From Alphaproteobacteria bacterium (GTDB taxonomy: Bacteria; Pseudomonadota; Alphaproteobacteria; CAAGCB01; CAG-977): DNA of 45,197 nucleotides. Below the pieces are notes generated by a model that saw only the letters and a list, made by a program, of their open reading frames with translations, did no database searches and was not told the DNA's origin. The stretch covers positions 1-45,197 of the forward strand of contig JAZNBT010000066.1 in the NCBI GenBank assembly GCA_045587165.1. The letters are read 5' to 3'. Positions within the stretch are counted from its first letter, which is position 1; each line of letters begins with the position of its first letter. Made by a program: the position numbers and the translations under genes. This document shows positions 9,029 to 18,166 of this stretch, piece after piece.

Positions 9029-9949
9029 TCAATTCACCTGTTGATCCGCCAGCGTCAAAAAATCCAACGGAGTTAATTCGTACTGTAAGATCAGATGCTT
9101 GATTATATCAGGATATTTAAACGGCTTATAGGGGAAATTTATTAATAAATGAGCTATGGAATACCCTCTCATTTGGTTATTGGAACGACGGTATTTCGCG
9201 CGCGCAATTCTGTAATTTTCAAAATACCCGTTTGTATTCAGATAATGGATCTGACTGATTACCGCGTCATACAAAGAATCGAAAACTTTGATCCGATATT
9301 GAGGACCTTCCTTTTGTTTTTCATCGGGAACGATGCCTTTTCCGTCCCAATCCCGCTGATTGAATACGGCATTGTATTCACGCGCATACCGACTGGTTCC
9401 GAAACCGGAATCCTGAGCGGACATTGTCAAAAGCAATGTCGGCGTAACGGCGTCGACACGCGGGATCAAGGTATTAAACAACGTATCCAAATCATCGGAC
9501 AATTTTACGTCATACCGTTTAATCCATTCCCTCAGTTCGTCCATGGATTGTTTTGACAAATCGCCGGTATCGTCGAATTCCCGCTTCAAACGCATAACCC
9601 GTTCACGTTCGGCCAACAGGGCTTCGTTTGCTTTTAAAATAACGGGCAACATCATTTCAAAAAATAATGCAGGCCGCTCTTCGTCGTATTTTTCCAGATT
9701 AAAGTCCTTGGGAACGGAACGAACGAACAACCTCGGTACGGGCTGTTTTTCTTTTAGTTGATGGATCATATCATAGTTGTATTCCCGAAAAACCCGTTGC
9801 AGCTGCGCCGTTTTAACCGGCGGAACAAAGTTGCCTTCCGCCGTTTTTTCGACAACAGGAATCTTTTCCCCGAAAAAATGTAACGCAACCGCCGCCATTC
9901 CGGCGATTAAGAAAAGCGCACAAATAAAATAAAGCCTTTTTTTATTCAT
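9029..9949 (-). CDS. Bax-like glucosaminidase (GH73)-fold protein, probably catalytically degenerate
   Basis: N-terminal anchor, 'LFFEMMLPVILKANEALLAER', 'RVDAV', 'AQDSGFGTSRYA' (family motif is usually AxESGWGTSRFA) and 'YLNT...Y..YR..R'. Confidence 0.8.
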   Translation of the reverse strand: MNKKRLYFICALFLIAGMAAVALHFFGEKIPVVEKTAEGNFVPPVKTAQLQRVFREYNYDMIHQLKEKQPVPRLFVRSVPKDFNLEKYDEERPALFFEMMLPVILKANEALLAERERVMRLKREFDDTGDLSKQSMDELREWIKRYDVKLSDDLDTLFNTLIPRVDAVTPTLLLTMSAQDSGFGTSRYAREYNAVFNQRDWDGKGIVPDEKQKEGPQYRIKVFDSLYDAVISQIHYLNTNGYFENYRIARAKYRRSNNQMRGYSIAHLLINFPYKPFKYPDIIKHLILQYELTPLDFLTLADQQVN

Positions 9950-10985
9950 ATTTTTCCTGCCCGACAATCCGTGCCATATCCGTTAAATTCATTGCCGACT
10001 GAGCCAGATAAAACCCCATCCCCAACAAATGATTGGGAACGAACTGCGTTTCCGCCGCACCGTTTAAAATGATCATCGGTTCCAGAAGTATTGCTTTTTT
10101 CAACGAAAACAGAGCTTTTTCCCATTTGTTTTTCAAAACTTCCTCCGAAAACAGATCTTTAAAATCCTTTTTCAAATTGCGCAGCGTTAAAAAATAAACA
10201 TACGCCTGCCCTTTGATCTCATAAAAAACGTCGTCGGCTTCGGTATCCCAAATTTTTCTTTCACCTTTTACGACCCGATCGTCTATTTTGCCGATACACT
10301 TTTTTATGTTTTCCGCCAACGCATCAAACATCCTTTTCAAAGCGTCCGGCGATGTATTAAATGTTTGATTCTTTTTTTGCACTTCGGCCTCATATTCCAA
10401 AATCAAATACTTGGCCGCTCTGTATTTTTTGACCGAAGAAATCGCCGGTTTCCATCCGTCGACATGCCACACGGCCACCGGATAATTCAATCGTTCCGAA
10501 GCTTCTTTCAACTGTTGCGCCTGAGGATTCAACGCGGCGAAAGTCTCTGTTATTTCCTGCGAGCCTTTTATAATACCCGTCTGAAAAGCGGGCATGTTAT
10601 CCAGAATCGCCGCGGGGAAAAAAAACGGCAAATTCGGCGTAAAAGCATGCTTATCCGTTTCCCGTTCGATCAATTCCGCCAAAGTATTCAGCGAACGGAT
10701 CCGGTCTTCCTGCACTTTTTCGCCCAAACGGGGATTCACATCAATCCGGTGATACAACAGCGCCCCTGCCGGATAATATAACACGATAAAAGCAAAGATA
10801 CCGCCCAGAGCCCAATGCCACCATTTTACAACAAAAGAAACGATTTTTTCCTTTACCGGCGGTGTAAAATCAGCTCCGGATTTCAGAAATATTTTAATCT
10901 TTTCCCACAAAACGGCGAAAACAGCCGCCGTATTTTTAAAAAAACTTTTTGCGGCCTGCACGGTTTTATTCCATTTTTCCTTCAT
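9942..10985 (-). CDS. DUF2333-family membrane-anchored protein
   Basis: TM helix followed by LDNMPAFQTGII, ADDVFYEIKGQAY and PNHL..MGFYL, typical of DUF2333. Confidence 0.8.
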   Translation of the reverse strand: MKEKWNKTVQAAKSFFKNTAAVFAVLWEKIKIFLKSGADFTPPVKEKIVSFVVKWWHWALGGIFAFIVLYYPAGALLYHRIDVNPRLGEKVQEDRIRSLNTLAELIERETDKHAFTPNLPFFFPAAILDNMPAFQTGIIKGSQEITETFAALNPQAQQLKEASERLNYPVAVWHVDGWKPAISSVKKYRAAKYLILEYEAEVQKKNQTFNTSPDALKRMFDALAENIKKCIGKIDDRVVKGERKIWDTEADDVFYEIKGQAYVYFLTLRNLKKDFKDLFSEEVLKNKWEKALFSLKKAILLEPMIILNGAAETQFVPNHLLGMGFYLAQSAMNLTDMARIVGQEKYE

Positions 10986-11096
10986 TTTTCAGCCTTGTTC
11001 AGCAATCTGTATCTCTTTATTATCATACGCGATAGCCGATAAAATGCCACTTAATTTATATAAGAGAAAAATTTTTACAAAAAAAGTATTTCACTC

Positions 11097-11125
11097 CTTG
11101 CGAAAAGAAAACATGTTCCTTATAT
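11097..11125 (+). promoter_or_regulatory. RpoH (sigma32)-type promoter of dnaK
   Basis: CTTG-N17/18-(C)CTTATAT matches the alphaproteobacterial RpoH consensus CTTG-N17-CYTATNT. Confidence 0.7.
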
Positions 11126-11181
11126 AAAGCTGCGATAGTTACCGAACTCGGTTAAATTTAAAAGGAAAAGAGGTTTTTTTT

Positions 11182-13098
11182 ATGGGAAAAGTAATCGGTA
11201 TTGACTTAGGAACAACAAATTCCTGTTTTGCTATTATGGACGGCAAAGACGCCCGCGTTATCGAAAACGCCGAAGGTGCTCGTACGACGCCGTCAATGGT
11301 TGCCTTCACGCAAGGGGGCGAAAGACTGGTCGGACAGGCCGCAAAACGCCAGGCCGTCACCAATCCGGAAGGCACCTTCTTCGCGATCAAGCGCTTGATC
11401 GGCCGCCGTTTTACGGATAAGCAGGTCGAAAAAGCCAAAACATTGGTTCCCTATCAGATCATCGCCGGCGAAAACGGAGATGCATGGGTTGAAGCGTATG
11501 ACAAGAAATATGCTCCCAGTCAGGTTTCCGCCTTTATTTTGCAGAAATTGAAAGAAGACGCCGAAGCTTATCTGGGCGAACCGGTAACGCAAGCCGTCAT
11601 TACGGTTCCCGCTTACTTTGACGATTCACAGCGTCAGGCGACCAAAGACGCCGGTAAAATCGCCGGATTGGAAGTTTTGCGTATCATCAACGAACCGACG
11701 GCGGCCGCTTTGGCTTACGGTTTGGACAAGAAAGCGACCGGCACGATCGTTGTTTACGACTTGGGCGGCGGTACGTTCGACGTGTCCATTTTGGAAATCG
11801 GCGACGGCGTTTTCGAAGTTAAGGCCACAAACGGCGACACGTTCTTGGGCGGTGAAGATTTCGACGCGCGCATCATCAACTATCTGGCCGACGAATTCCA
11901 GAAAGAACAGGGCATCGACCTGCGTCAGGACAAACTGGCCTTGCAGCGCTTGAAAGAAGGCGCTGAAAAAGCCAAAATCGAATTGTCTTCGGCACAGCAG
12001 ACGGAAATCAACCTGCCGTTTATTACGGCGGACGCTTCCGGCCCGAAACATTTAAACATCAAATTGACGCGCGCCAAAATGGAATCTTTGGTCGAAGACT
12101 TGCTGGAACGCACAAAAATTCCTTGCGAAAAAGCGTTGAAAGACGCCGGATTAAAAGCTTCCGACATTGACGAAGTCATCTTGGTCGGCGGTATGACCCG
12201 TATGCCGAAAGTTCAGGAAATTGTCAAAGATTACTTCGGCCGCGAACCGCACAAAGGCGTCAATCCGGATGAAGTCGTCGCATTGGGTGCCGCTATTCAG
12301 GGCGGTGTTTTGAAAGGCGACGTCAAAGACGTTCTGTTACTGGACGTTACGCCGCTGTCTTTGGGTATCGAAACGTTGGGCGGCGTCTTTACGCGCTTAA
12401 TCGATCGCAACACGACGATTCCGACACGTAAATCGCAGGTGTTCTCGACAGCCGAAGACGGACAGACGGCCGTAACGATCCGCGTGTTCCAGGGCGAACG
12501 CGAAATGACGGCCGACAACAAACTGTTGGCGCAGTTCGATTTGGTCGGTATCCCGGCCGCGCCGCGCGGCATGCCGCAAATCGAAGTCACCTTTGACATC
12601 GATGCGAACGGCATCGTCAACGTATCGGCCAAAGACAAAGCCACCGGCAAAGAACAGACCGTTCGCGTTCAGTCTTCCGGCGGATTAAGCGATGCCGACA
12701 TCGACAAAATGGTCAAAGACGCCGAAGCCCACGCTTCCGAAGACAAAAAGAAAAAAGAAGCCGTCGAAGCCAGAAATAAAGCCGAAAGCATGATCCATGA
12801 AACGGAAAAGAACCTGAAAAATCTGGGGGATAAAGTTTCTCCGGCGGATAAAGAACAGGTCGAAGCCGACATCAAGGCGTTGCAAGGCGTTATGGAATCC
12901 GGCGACGTTGCTACGATCAACGCGAAAACGGAAGCTTTGATGCAGTCTTCGATGAAAATCGGCGAAGCTTTGTACAAAGCGCAACAGGAAACGGCGGCGG
13001 CCGGCGCTCAACCGGGCGCGGATGCGTCAGGTTCTGCTGAATCCAAACCCGACGAAGGCGTCGTAGATGCTGATTTTGAAGAAGTCAAAAAAGACTAA
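11182..13098 (+). CDS. dnaK: Chaperone DnaK (Hsp70)
   Basis: [30 protein letters not shown] and VVDADFEEV. Confidence 0.99.
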   Translation: MGKVIGIDLGTTNSCFAIMDGKDARVIENAEGARTTPSMVAFTQGGERLVGQAAKRQAVTNPEGTFFAIKRLIGRRFTDKQVEKAKTLVPYQIIAGENGDAWVEAYDKKYAPSQVSAFILQKLKEDAEAYLGEPVTQAVITVPAYFDDSQRQATKDAGKIAGLEVLRIINEPTAAALAYGLDKKATGTIVVYDLGGGTFDVSILEIGDGVFEVKATNGDTFLGGEDFDARIINYLADEFQKEQGIDLRQDKLALQRLKEGAEKAKIELSSAQQTEINLPFITADASGPKHLNIKLTRAKMESLVEDLLERTKIPCEKALKDAGLKASDIDEVILVGGMTRMPKVQEIVKDYFGREPHKGVNPDEVVALGAAIQGGVLKGDVKDVLLLDVTPLSLGIETLGGVFTRLIDRNTTIPTRKSQVFSTAEDGQTAVTIRVFQGEREMTADNKLLAQFDLVGIPAAPRGMPQIEVTFDIDANGIVNVSAKDKATGKEQTVRVQSSGGLSDADIDKMVKDAEAHASEDKKKKEAVEARNKAESMIHETEKNLKNLGDKVSPADKEQVEADIKALQGVMESGDVATINAKTEALMQSSMKIGEALYKAQQETAAAGAQPGADASGSAESKPDEGVVDADFEEVKKD

Positions 13099-13114
13099 AG
13101 CTTGATAACTTATA

Positions 13115-13152
13115 GCCGTTCGGAGTACAAACAAGTCCTCCGAACGGTTTTT
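13115..13152 (+). terminator. Hairpin/partial terminator between dnaK and dnaJ
   Basis: gccgttcggag-N12-ctccgaacggt followed by tttt. Confidence 0.6.
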
Positions 13153-13180
13153 GCGTACCTGATATAAGGTTGATAAAGAT

Positions 13181-14332
13181 ATGGCTAAACAAGACTATTA
13201 CGAACTGTTGGGCGTAAACAAAGACGCTTCCGATGCTGAGATCAAAAAAGCTTACCGGTCCATGGCGATGAAATATCATCCCGACCGCAACCCCGGTGAC
13301 AAAGAAGCCGAATCAAAATTCAAAGAAGTCACGGAAGCCTATGAAATCCTCAAAGACGGCCAAAAACGCGCGGCATACGACCGCTACGGACACGCCGCTT
13401 TTGCTCAAGGAGCGGGGGCGGGCGCCGGATTCGGCGGCGGTTTCGGCGGATTTAACTTTGATTTCGGCGGCGGCGGTTTCGGCAATATCTTTGAAGACAT
13501 TTTCAGCGAATTTATGGGCGGAGCCGCCGGACGCGGACGGTCTTCCCAATACGCGGGACGCCGAGGGGCGGATATTCGCCATGATATGGAAATCTCGCTG
13601 GAAGACGCTTATACCGGCTTAAAAAAGGAAATCGAAATCCAAACGGCCGTCCGTTGCGACGAATGTGACGGAACGGGAGCCGCCGAAGGATCCAAAGCGG
13701 AAACCTGCGAAATGTGCCACGGTACGGGACGCGTCCGCCGTCAATCCGGTTTCTTTATCGAAGAAAGAATGTGTCCGACCTGTCAGGGAACGGGTCAGGT
13801 CATCAAAAACCCCTGCAAAAAATGCAAGGGCTCGGGAAAAGTTTCTCAGAAAAAAGTTTTGGAAGTCAACGTGCCGGCGGGTATCGATTCCGAAAACAGA
13901 ATGCGCCTGTCCGGTCAGGGCGAAGCCGGATCAAACGGCGGTCCGAACGGGGATTTATACATTTTCGTTCACGTAAAACCGCATCCGATTTTCAAACGCG
14001 ACGGGGCGGATTTATACTGTGACGTACCGCTGTCGATGACGACGGCGGCCTTGGGCGGGAACATTGAAATTCCCTGCATCGACGGATCAAAGGAAAAAGT
14101 CACGATCAGCGCCGGAACGCAATCCGGCGAAGAAGTCCGCCTGCGTAAAAAAGGCATGTCAATTTTGCAAAATAAAAACGTCGGCGACTTATTCGTCCGT
14201 TTCAAGGTTGAAACACCGACCAAACTGACGGCGAAACAAAAAGAACTGCTGAAACAGTTTGACGCGGAAAGCCGTGAAAACAGTCCGGAATCAAGCGGAT
14301 TTTTCGAAAAGCTTAAAGATTTGCTGAAATAA
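13181..14332 (+). CDS. dnaJ: Chaperone DnaJ
   Basis: J-domain HPD, G/F-rich region and four CxxCxGxG repeats. Confidence 0.99.
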   Translation: MAKQDYYELLGVNKDASDAEIKKAYRSMAMKYHPDRNPGDKEAESKFKEVTEAYEILKDGQKRAAYDRYGHAAFAQGAGAGAGFGGGFGGFNFDFGGGGFGNIFEDIFSEFMGGAAGRGRSSQYAGRRGADIRHDMEISLEDAYTGLKKEIEIQTAVRCDECDGTGAAEGSKAETCEMCHGTGRVRRQSGFFIEERMCPTCQGTGQVIKNPCKKCKGSGKVSQKKVLEVNVPAGIDSENRMRLSGQGEAGSNGGPNGDLYIFVHVKPHPIFKRDGADLYCDVPLSMTTAALGGNIEIPCIDGSKEKVTISAGTQSGEEVRLRKKGMSILQNKNVGDLFVRFKVETPTKLTAKQKELLKQFDAESRENSPESSGFFEKLKDLLK

Positions 14333-14340
14333 TAAAAACC

Positions 14341-14378
14341 ATTAAAAAAGCCTTTGAATTATCAAAGGCTTTTTTAAT
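14341..14378 (+). terminator. Intrinsic terminator after dnaJ
   Basis: Perfect 17-bp inverted repeat attaaaaaagcctttga-atta-tcaaaggcttttttaat. Confidence 0.9.
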
Positions 14379-14551
14379 AACGCGATTAACAACCATCTTA
14401 ATCGGTGATTTCTTTGCTTTCTCCGTTTTTTTATAAAAAACTTTTCTATGGCCATACTAAAAAAACAAGATTTAATCAAGGTTTACGGATTGAATTTTCC
14501 GACGTCATCTCTTACCATAAGAACAAGTTTATTTTTGAAAGGATTTTTTTC

Positions 14552-15352
14552 ATGAAAATAGGCGTGACGGGCTGTGCGGGCAGAATGGGCAAAATGCTTT
14601 TAAACCGCGTTTTAACAAACAAAGACTGTGAATTGGCCGGCGGTTCCGAACGCCGCGAAAGCGGTTTTATCGGCCGCGATATCGGCGAAGTGTTGGGAAC
14701 GCGATCTTTGGGGGTTTCCGTTACGGCTTATCCGTTCGAACTGTTCAATGCCTGCGACGCCGTTTTGGACTTTACCGCTCCCGCCGCAACGGTGGAACAC
14801 GCGAAAATCGCCGCCGAAACGGGAAAAATCCTGATCGTCGGGACAACGGGATTGAATGCGGAACAAATGGAAACGTTGGAAAAATGCGCGCAGAAAGCCG
14901 TCATCGTCGCCGCCCCGAATATGAGCGTCGGCGTCAATCTGTTGTTTGCTTTGGTCAAACAGGCCGCTAAAGTTTTAGACCCGTCTTATGACATTGAAAT
15001 CGTTGAAATGCACCACAGAAACAAAGCAGACGCCCCGTCCGGAACGGCATTGGGCTTAGGCATCGCCGCCGCCGAAGGACGCGAAGCAACATTAAACGAA
15101 GTCGCCTGTTACGAACGTCACGGCAACACGGGCGTGCGTCCGACGGGTGAAATCGGATTTGCGGCTTTGCGCGGCGGGGACGTCGTCGGCGATCATACGG
15201 TCGTGTTTGCGGGCGCCGGCGAACGCATCGAATTAACGCACAAGGCTTCTTCCCGCGAAATCTTCGCCGACGGCGCGATCAAAGCGGCTTTGTGGGCGAA
15301 AGACAAACCGAACGGACTTTATTCCATGCAAGACGTCTTGGGATTAAAATAG
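14552..15352 (+). CDS. dapB: 4-hydroxy-tetrahydrodipicolinate reductase
   Basis: GCAGRMG, DFT, GTTG, EMHHRNKADAPSGTA and RGGDVVGDH. Start at the ATG at 14552 after AAGGA. Confidence 0.97.
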   Translation: MKIGVTGCAGRMGKMLLNRVLTNKDCELAGGSERRESGFIGRDIGEVLGTRSLGVSVTAYPFELFNACDAVLDFTAPAATVEHAKIAAETGKILIVGTTGLNAEQMETLEKCAQKAVIVAAPNMSVGVNLLFALVKQAAKVLDPSYDIEIVEMHHRNKADAPSGTALGLGIAAAEGREATLNEVACYERHGNTGVRPTGEIGFAALRGGDVVGDHTVVFAGAGERIELTHKASSREIFADGAIKAALWAKDKPNGLYSMQDVLGLK

Positions 15353-15402
15353 CTATATTGTTTTTTTAAACCGCTCCGTTATTTTAAATAAAGGAGGATG
15401 AA

Positions 15403-16185
15403 ATGGATACAAAAGCGCTTTCCAAACTTACTTACGGACTGTACGTTGTCGGTACGAAATGCGGCGATAAATTCGGCGGCTGCGTCGTTGACGCCGTCAT
15501 GCAAACGACGACGCAACCGCAAACTCTGGTCATTTGTTGCAACCAAGGAAGCAGAACGCGCGAATGTATCGAAGAAACCAAGGAATTCACGTTGTCCGTT
15601 TTATCCGAAACAACGGATCCTTTTATTATAGGCAACTTCGGTTTTCAATCCTGCCGGACGGCGGAAAAATGGGAAAAAGTACCGTACCGCTTAATGAACG
15701 GTCTGCCCGTTTTAGATGACGCGGCGGCTTATCTGCACTGCAAAGTTTTGGAAACAAAGCCTTTATCTACTCACACGCTGTTTTTCTGCGAAGTGACGGA
15801 TGCGCAAAACGGTACAGGCAAAGCGTTAAGCTATACGGCGTATCAGGAATCATGGAAGCAAAAAGTTATGGAAGCCTTTAAAACAGGCAAATGCTCGACA
15901 CAAAAAGGAGAAAACAAAATGACGAAATGGGTTTGCAAAGTATGCGGTTACGAATACGAAGGCGACGAATTGCCGGCGGATTATGTTTGTCCGGTCTGCG
16001 GCGTCGGTCCCGACGAATTTGAAAAAGTCGAAGAAAAATCCGAAGCTCCGGCGGCCAAAGCGGAAAAATGGGTTTGTTCGATTTGCGGATATGTCTACGA
16101 CGGCGACACACCATTTGAAGACTTGCCCGACGATTACACCTGTCCGGTTTGCATGCAGCCGAAAGAAGTCTTTGTAAAAAAATAA
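15403..16185 (+). CDS. Flavin reductase domain fused to two rubredoxin domains (high-molecular-weight rubredoxin-like)
   Basis: [18 protein letters not shown] and HTLFFCEV (flavin reductase), then two WVCxxCGYxY...CPVC domains. AGGAGG RBS. Confidence 0.92.
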   Translation: MDTKALSKLTYGLYVVGTKCGDKFGGCVVDAVMQTTTQPQTLVICCNQGSRTRECIEETKEFTLSVLSETTDPFIIGNFGFQSCRTAEKWEKVPYRLMNGLPVLDDAAAYLHCKVLETKPLSTHTLFFCEVTDAQNGTGKALSYTAYQESWKQKVMEAFKTGKCSTQKGENKMTKWVCKVCGYEYEGDELPADYVCPVCGVGPDEFEKVEEKSEAPAAKAEKWVCSICGYVYDGDTPFEDLPDDYTCPVCMQPKEVFVKK

Positions 16186-16202
16186 TTGCTGTATTTTTAC
16201 CG

Positions 16203-16243
16203 AAAACACCCTTTTGCCAGACAGATTAAAAGGGTGTTTTTTT
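16203..16243 (+). terminator. Intrinsic terminator
   Basis: aaaacaccctttt-N12-aaaagggtgtttt plus a T run. Confidence 0.8.
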
Positions 16244-16272
16244 ATAACTTATCTCCATGTTTTTCAAAAAGA

Positions 16273-16301
16273 TTGACCCGAAAAGGAAACATTTCTATTA
16301 T
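16273..16301 (+). promoter_or_regulatory. sigma70-type promoter for the metallopeptidase gene
   Basis: TTGACC-N17-TATTAT. Confidence 0.6.
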
Positions 16302-16339
16302 TTACTTAATTATTTTTAAAATATCGGAGTCGATATATC

Positions 16340-17458
16340 ATGTCTTTTTTCTCGGATCTGTTCAAAAAAAAGCCTAAAGAACCACCACCGCCCAGAACAC
16401 GGGAAGAAATGGAAAGTTCTTTGGAAATACGCGAAAAAGTGAATCATCCCATCAAAACTTCCAACGGTATTCTGCAGCATTCCTACCAAAGAAGAAGACT
16501 TCCGGAAGAAGAAGAACAAAAGCTGTTAAAGGAAACTTTCGATTTGATCGCTTCCGTTCCCGCGGGGAAAAAACTGTTGGATGAAGTGGCTCAGGGCGGT
16601 TATGATATTTACTTTGAAACCTTTTGCGGCTCTAATTTAGGCTGTATGTACAGCGGCAATAAAAAAATCATGCTGTCGCCGCCGTCTCATGGCAGTGCTG
16701 CGGAATTAGCCGCAACGGCGTTTCATGAAATGACGCACGCCCTTCAACAGGAACGTACCGGCTATCTTGGCAATAAAAGTTCCGATTTGACACTTGCGGA
16801 TCAATTCAAATTCCACCGCGCGGCCGAAGCCGCCGCTTGGACGGAAGAAGCAAATTTCGCATATCAAATCAAAGACAAACATCCCGAAGTCGAACATATG
16901 GTCAACAGATTTCCGATGTATCGGGCTTTTGCCGCTGAAATGGAACAATCCGGCGATAAGGGAAAAGCAGGCGAAGCCGCTTTTAAAGCATGGTACGGCT
17001 TTAAACATTATCAGGATTCCTATGAAGACAATCACGTCCGGAATTTTTCTTATTTTATGGATCAAAGTTATGCCAACAGGAAAAAAGCACTTTTCGATAC
17101 GATTCCTTCGGAATCTGTTTTAGAAAAAGTCTTCATTTCAGATGAACTTCGGCAAAACATTTCTCCTGATTTTTTAACGTCAAAAGAGGCTTTTTCCGTT
17201 TCAGATTATGCGATAAACAAACTGAACGAAAAATCGGCTTTATACTTTAAGGGATTTAAAGATCCTTCCTTGGGCGATATGTTTTCTTATGAAACAGGGG
17301 AAAGACGCGCACCGCAGCAACAGCAATCAAATGAAGTTGTTGCCGCATCATTGCATCCTCATAAGTCGATGATGTCTGCTTTAAAACAAATAAATCAGGC
17401 GGAAAAAACGAAACAGCTTATCGCAGCAAAAACAAAAAACAGAGCGGCACGACATTAA
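16340..17458 (+). CDS. Putative zinc metallopeptidase (HExxH...E), paralog of 4723..5685
   Basis: HEMTH at 16724-16738, RAAEA and AAFKAWY. No signal peptide. GGAG RBS. Confidence 0.72.
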   Translation: MSFFSDLFKKKPKEPPPPRTREEMESSLEIREKVNHPIKTSNGILQHSYQRRRLPEEEEQKLLKETFDLIASVPAGKKLLDEVAQGGYDIYFETFCGSNLGCMYSGNKKIMLSPPSHGSAAELAATAFHEMTHALQQERTGYLGNKSSDLTLADQFKFHRAAEAAAWTEEANFAYQIKDKHPEVEHMVNRFPMYRAFAAEMEQSGDKGKAGEAAFKAWYGFKHYQDSYEDNHVRNFSYFMDQSYANRKKALFDTIPSESVLEKVFISDELRQNISPDFLTSKEAFSVSDYAINKLNEKSALYFKGFKDPSLGDMFSYETGERRAPQQQQSNEVVAASLHPHKSMMSALKQINQAEKTKQLIAAKTKNRAARH

Positions 17459-17480
17459 ACCGCTCTGTCTTTTATTTTTT
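17439..17480 (+). terminator. Terminator overlapping the stop codon
   Basis: acagagcgg-N12-ccgctctgt followed by a T-rich run. Confidence 0.55.
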
Positions 17481-17491
17481 TCCGTTCAACA

Positions 17492-17842
17492 TCAGAACGC
17501 CAGTTTTTTACCGGCTAAAATGTGAACGTGCAAATGCGGAACTTCCTGTCCGCCGTCACGTCCCGTATTCATTACCAGACGATATCCGTTTTCGGCTAAT
17601 CCCTGTTCGGCAGCAACAGTGCCGACCGCCTTAAAAAATCCGGTGATTTCTTCAGCCGACGCGTTTGCGCTGAAATCCGAAAAATGAACATAAGCACCTT
17701 TCGGAATCACCAACAAATGCACGGGCGCTTTGGGATGAATGTCTTTAAATGCAATCGCATAATCATCTTCGTAAATTTTATTGACGGGAATATCCCCTTT
17801 TAACATCTTCGCAAAGACGTTGTTTTCATCATAAGCTGTCAT
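17492..17842 (-). CDS. hinT: HIT-family nucleotide-binding protein (HinT)
   Basis: YDENNVFAKML, APVHLLVIPK and GQEVPHLHVHIL. Confidence 0.95.
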   Translation of the reverse strand: MTAYDENNVFAKMLKGDIPVNKIYEDDYAIAFKDIHPKAPVHLLVIPKGAYVHFSDFSANASAEEITGFFKAVGTVAAEQGLAENGYRLVMNTGRDGGQEVPHLHVHILAGKKLAF

Positions 17843-17845
17843 TTT

Positions 17846-18163
17846 CTACTCCTTCGGACGGGAATTTTTTTCGGCAATGCCTGAAATCCCCTCTCTTTGT
17901 TCCAAAACATGAAAAACATCATCGGGACAAACGCCGGCATTCGCCCACAAAACACATAAATGATATAATAAATCGGCGCTTTCCGAAATAACGTGATCTT
18001 TGTCGCCTGCGGTGGCGGCAATAATTGTTTCGACGGCTTCTTCACCGACTTTTTGCGCGATCCTTCCCGTTCCCTTTGAAAACAGTTTTGCCGTATAAGA
18101 CACGGTCGGATCCGCGTCTTTGCGATCTTGAATTGTTTGGTATAAGCGTTCTAAGACACTCAT
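17846..18163 (-). CDS. hisE: Phosphoribosyl-ATP pyrophosphatase
   Basis: SYTAKLF, KVGEEAVE and ESADLLYHL. Confidence 0.96.
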   Translation of the reverse strand: MSVLERLYQTIQDRKDADPTVSYTAKLFSKGTGRIAQKVGEEAVETIIAATAGDKDHVISESADLLYHLCVLWANAGVCPDDVFHVLEQREGISGIAEKNSRPKE

Positions 18164-18166
18164 GTT

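Noticed and set aside
11040-11181. CIRCE/HrcA operator before dnaK (also checked before htpG)
   Set aside because: No TTAGCACTC-N9-GAGTGCTAA match was seen.
11139-13011. Many antisense and alternate-frame ORFs over dnaK (similar ones over dnaJ, htpG and the ribosomal protein genes)
   Set aside because: Shadow ORFs caused by the codon bias of highly expressed genes; no RBS or motifs.
14374-14401. TTAA repeats upstream of dapB as CtrA boxes
   Set aside because: The spacing is N8 rather than N7, and one half-site belongs to the terminator.
14405-14551. N-terminal extensions in the ORF track (dapB; likewise mlaF, hisA, cca, rsmB, gmk, pqiC)
   Set aside because: They overlap promoters or neighbouring genes. 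Downstream ATGs match the family N-termini and RBS positions.
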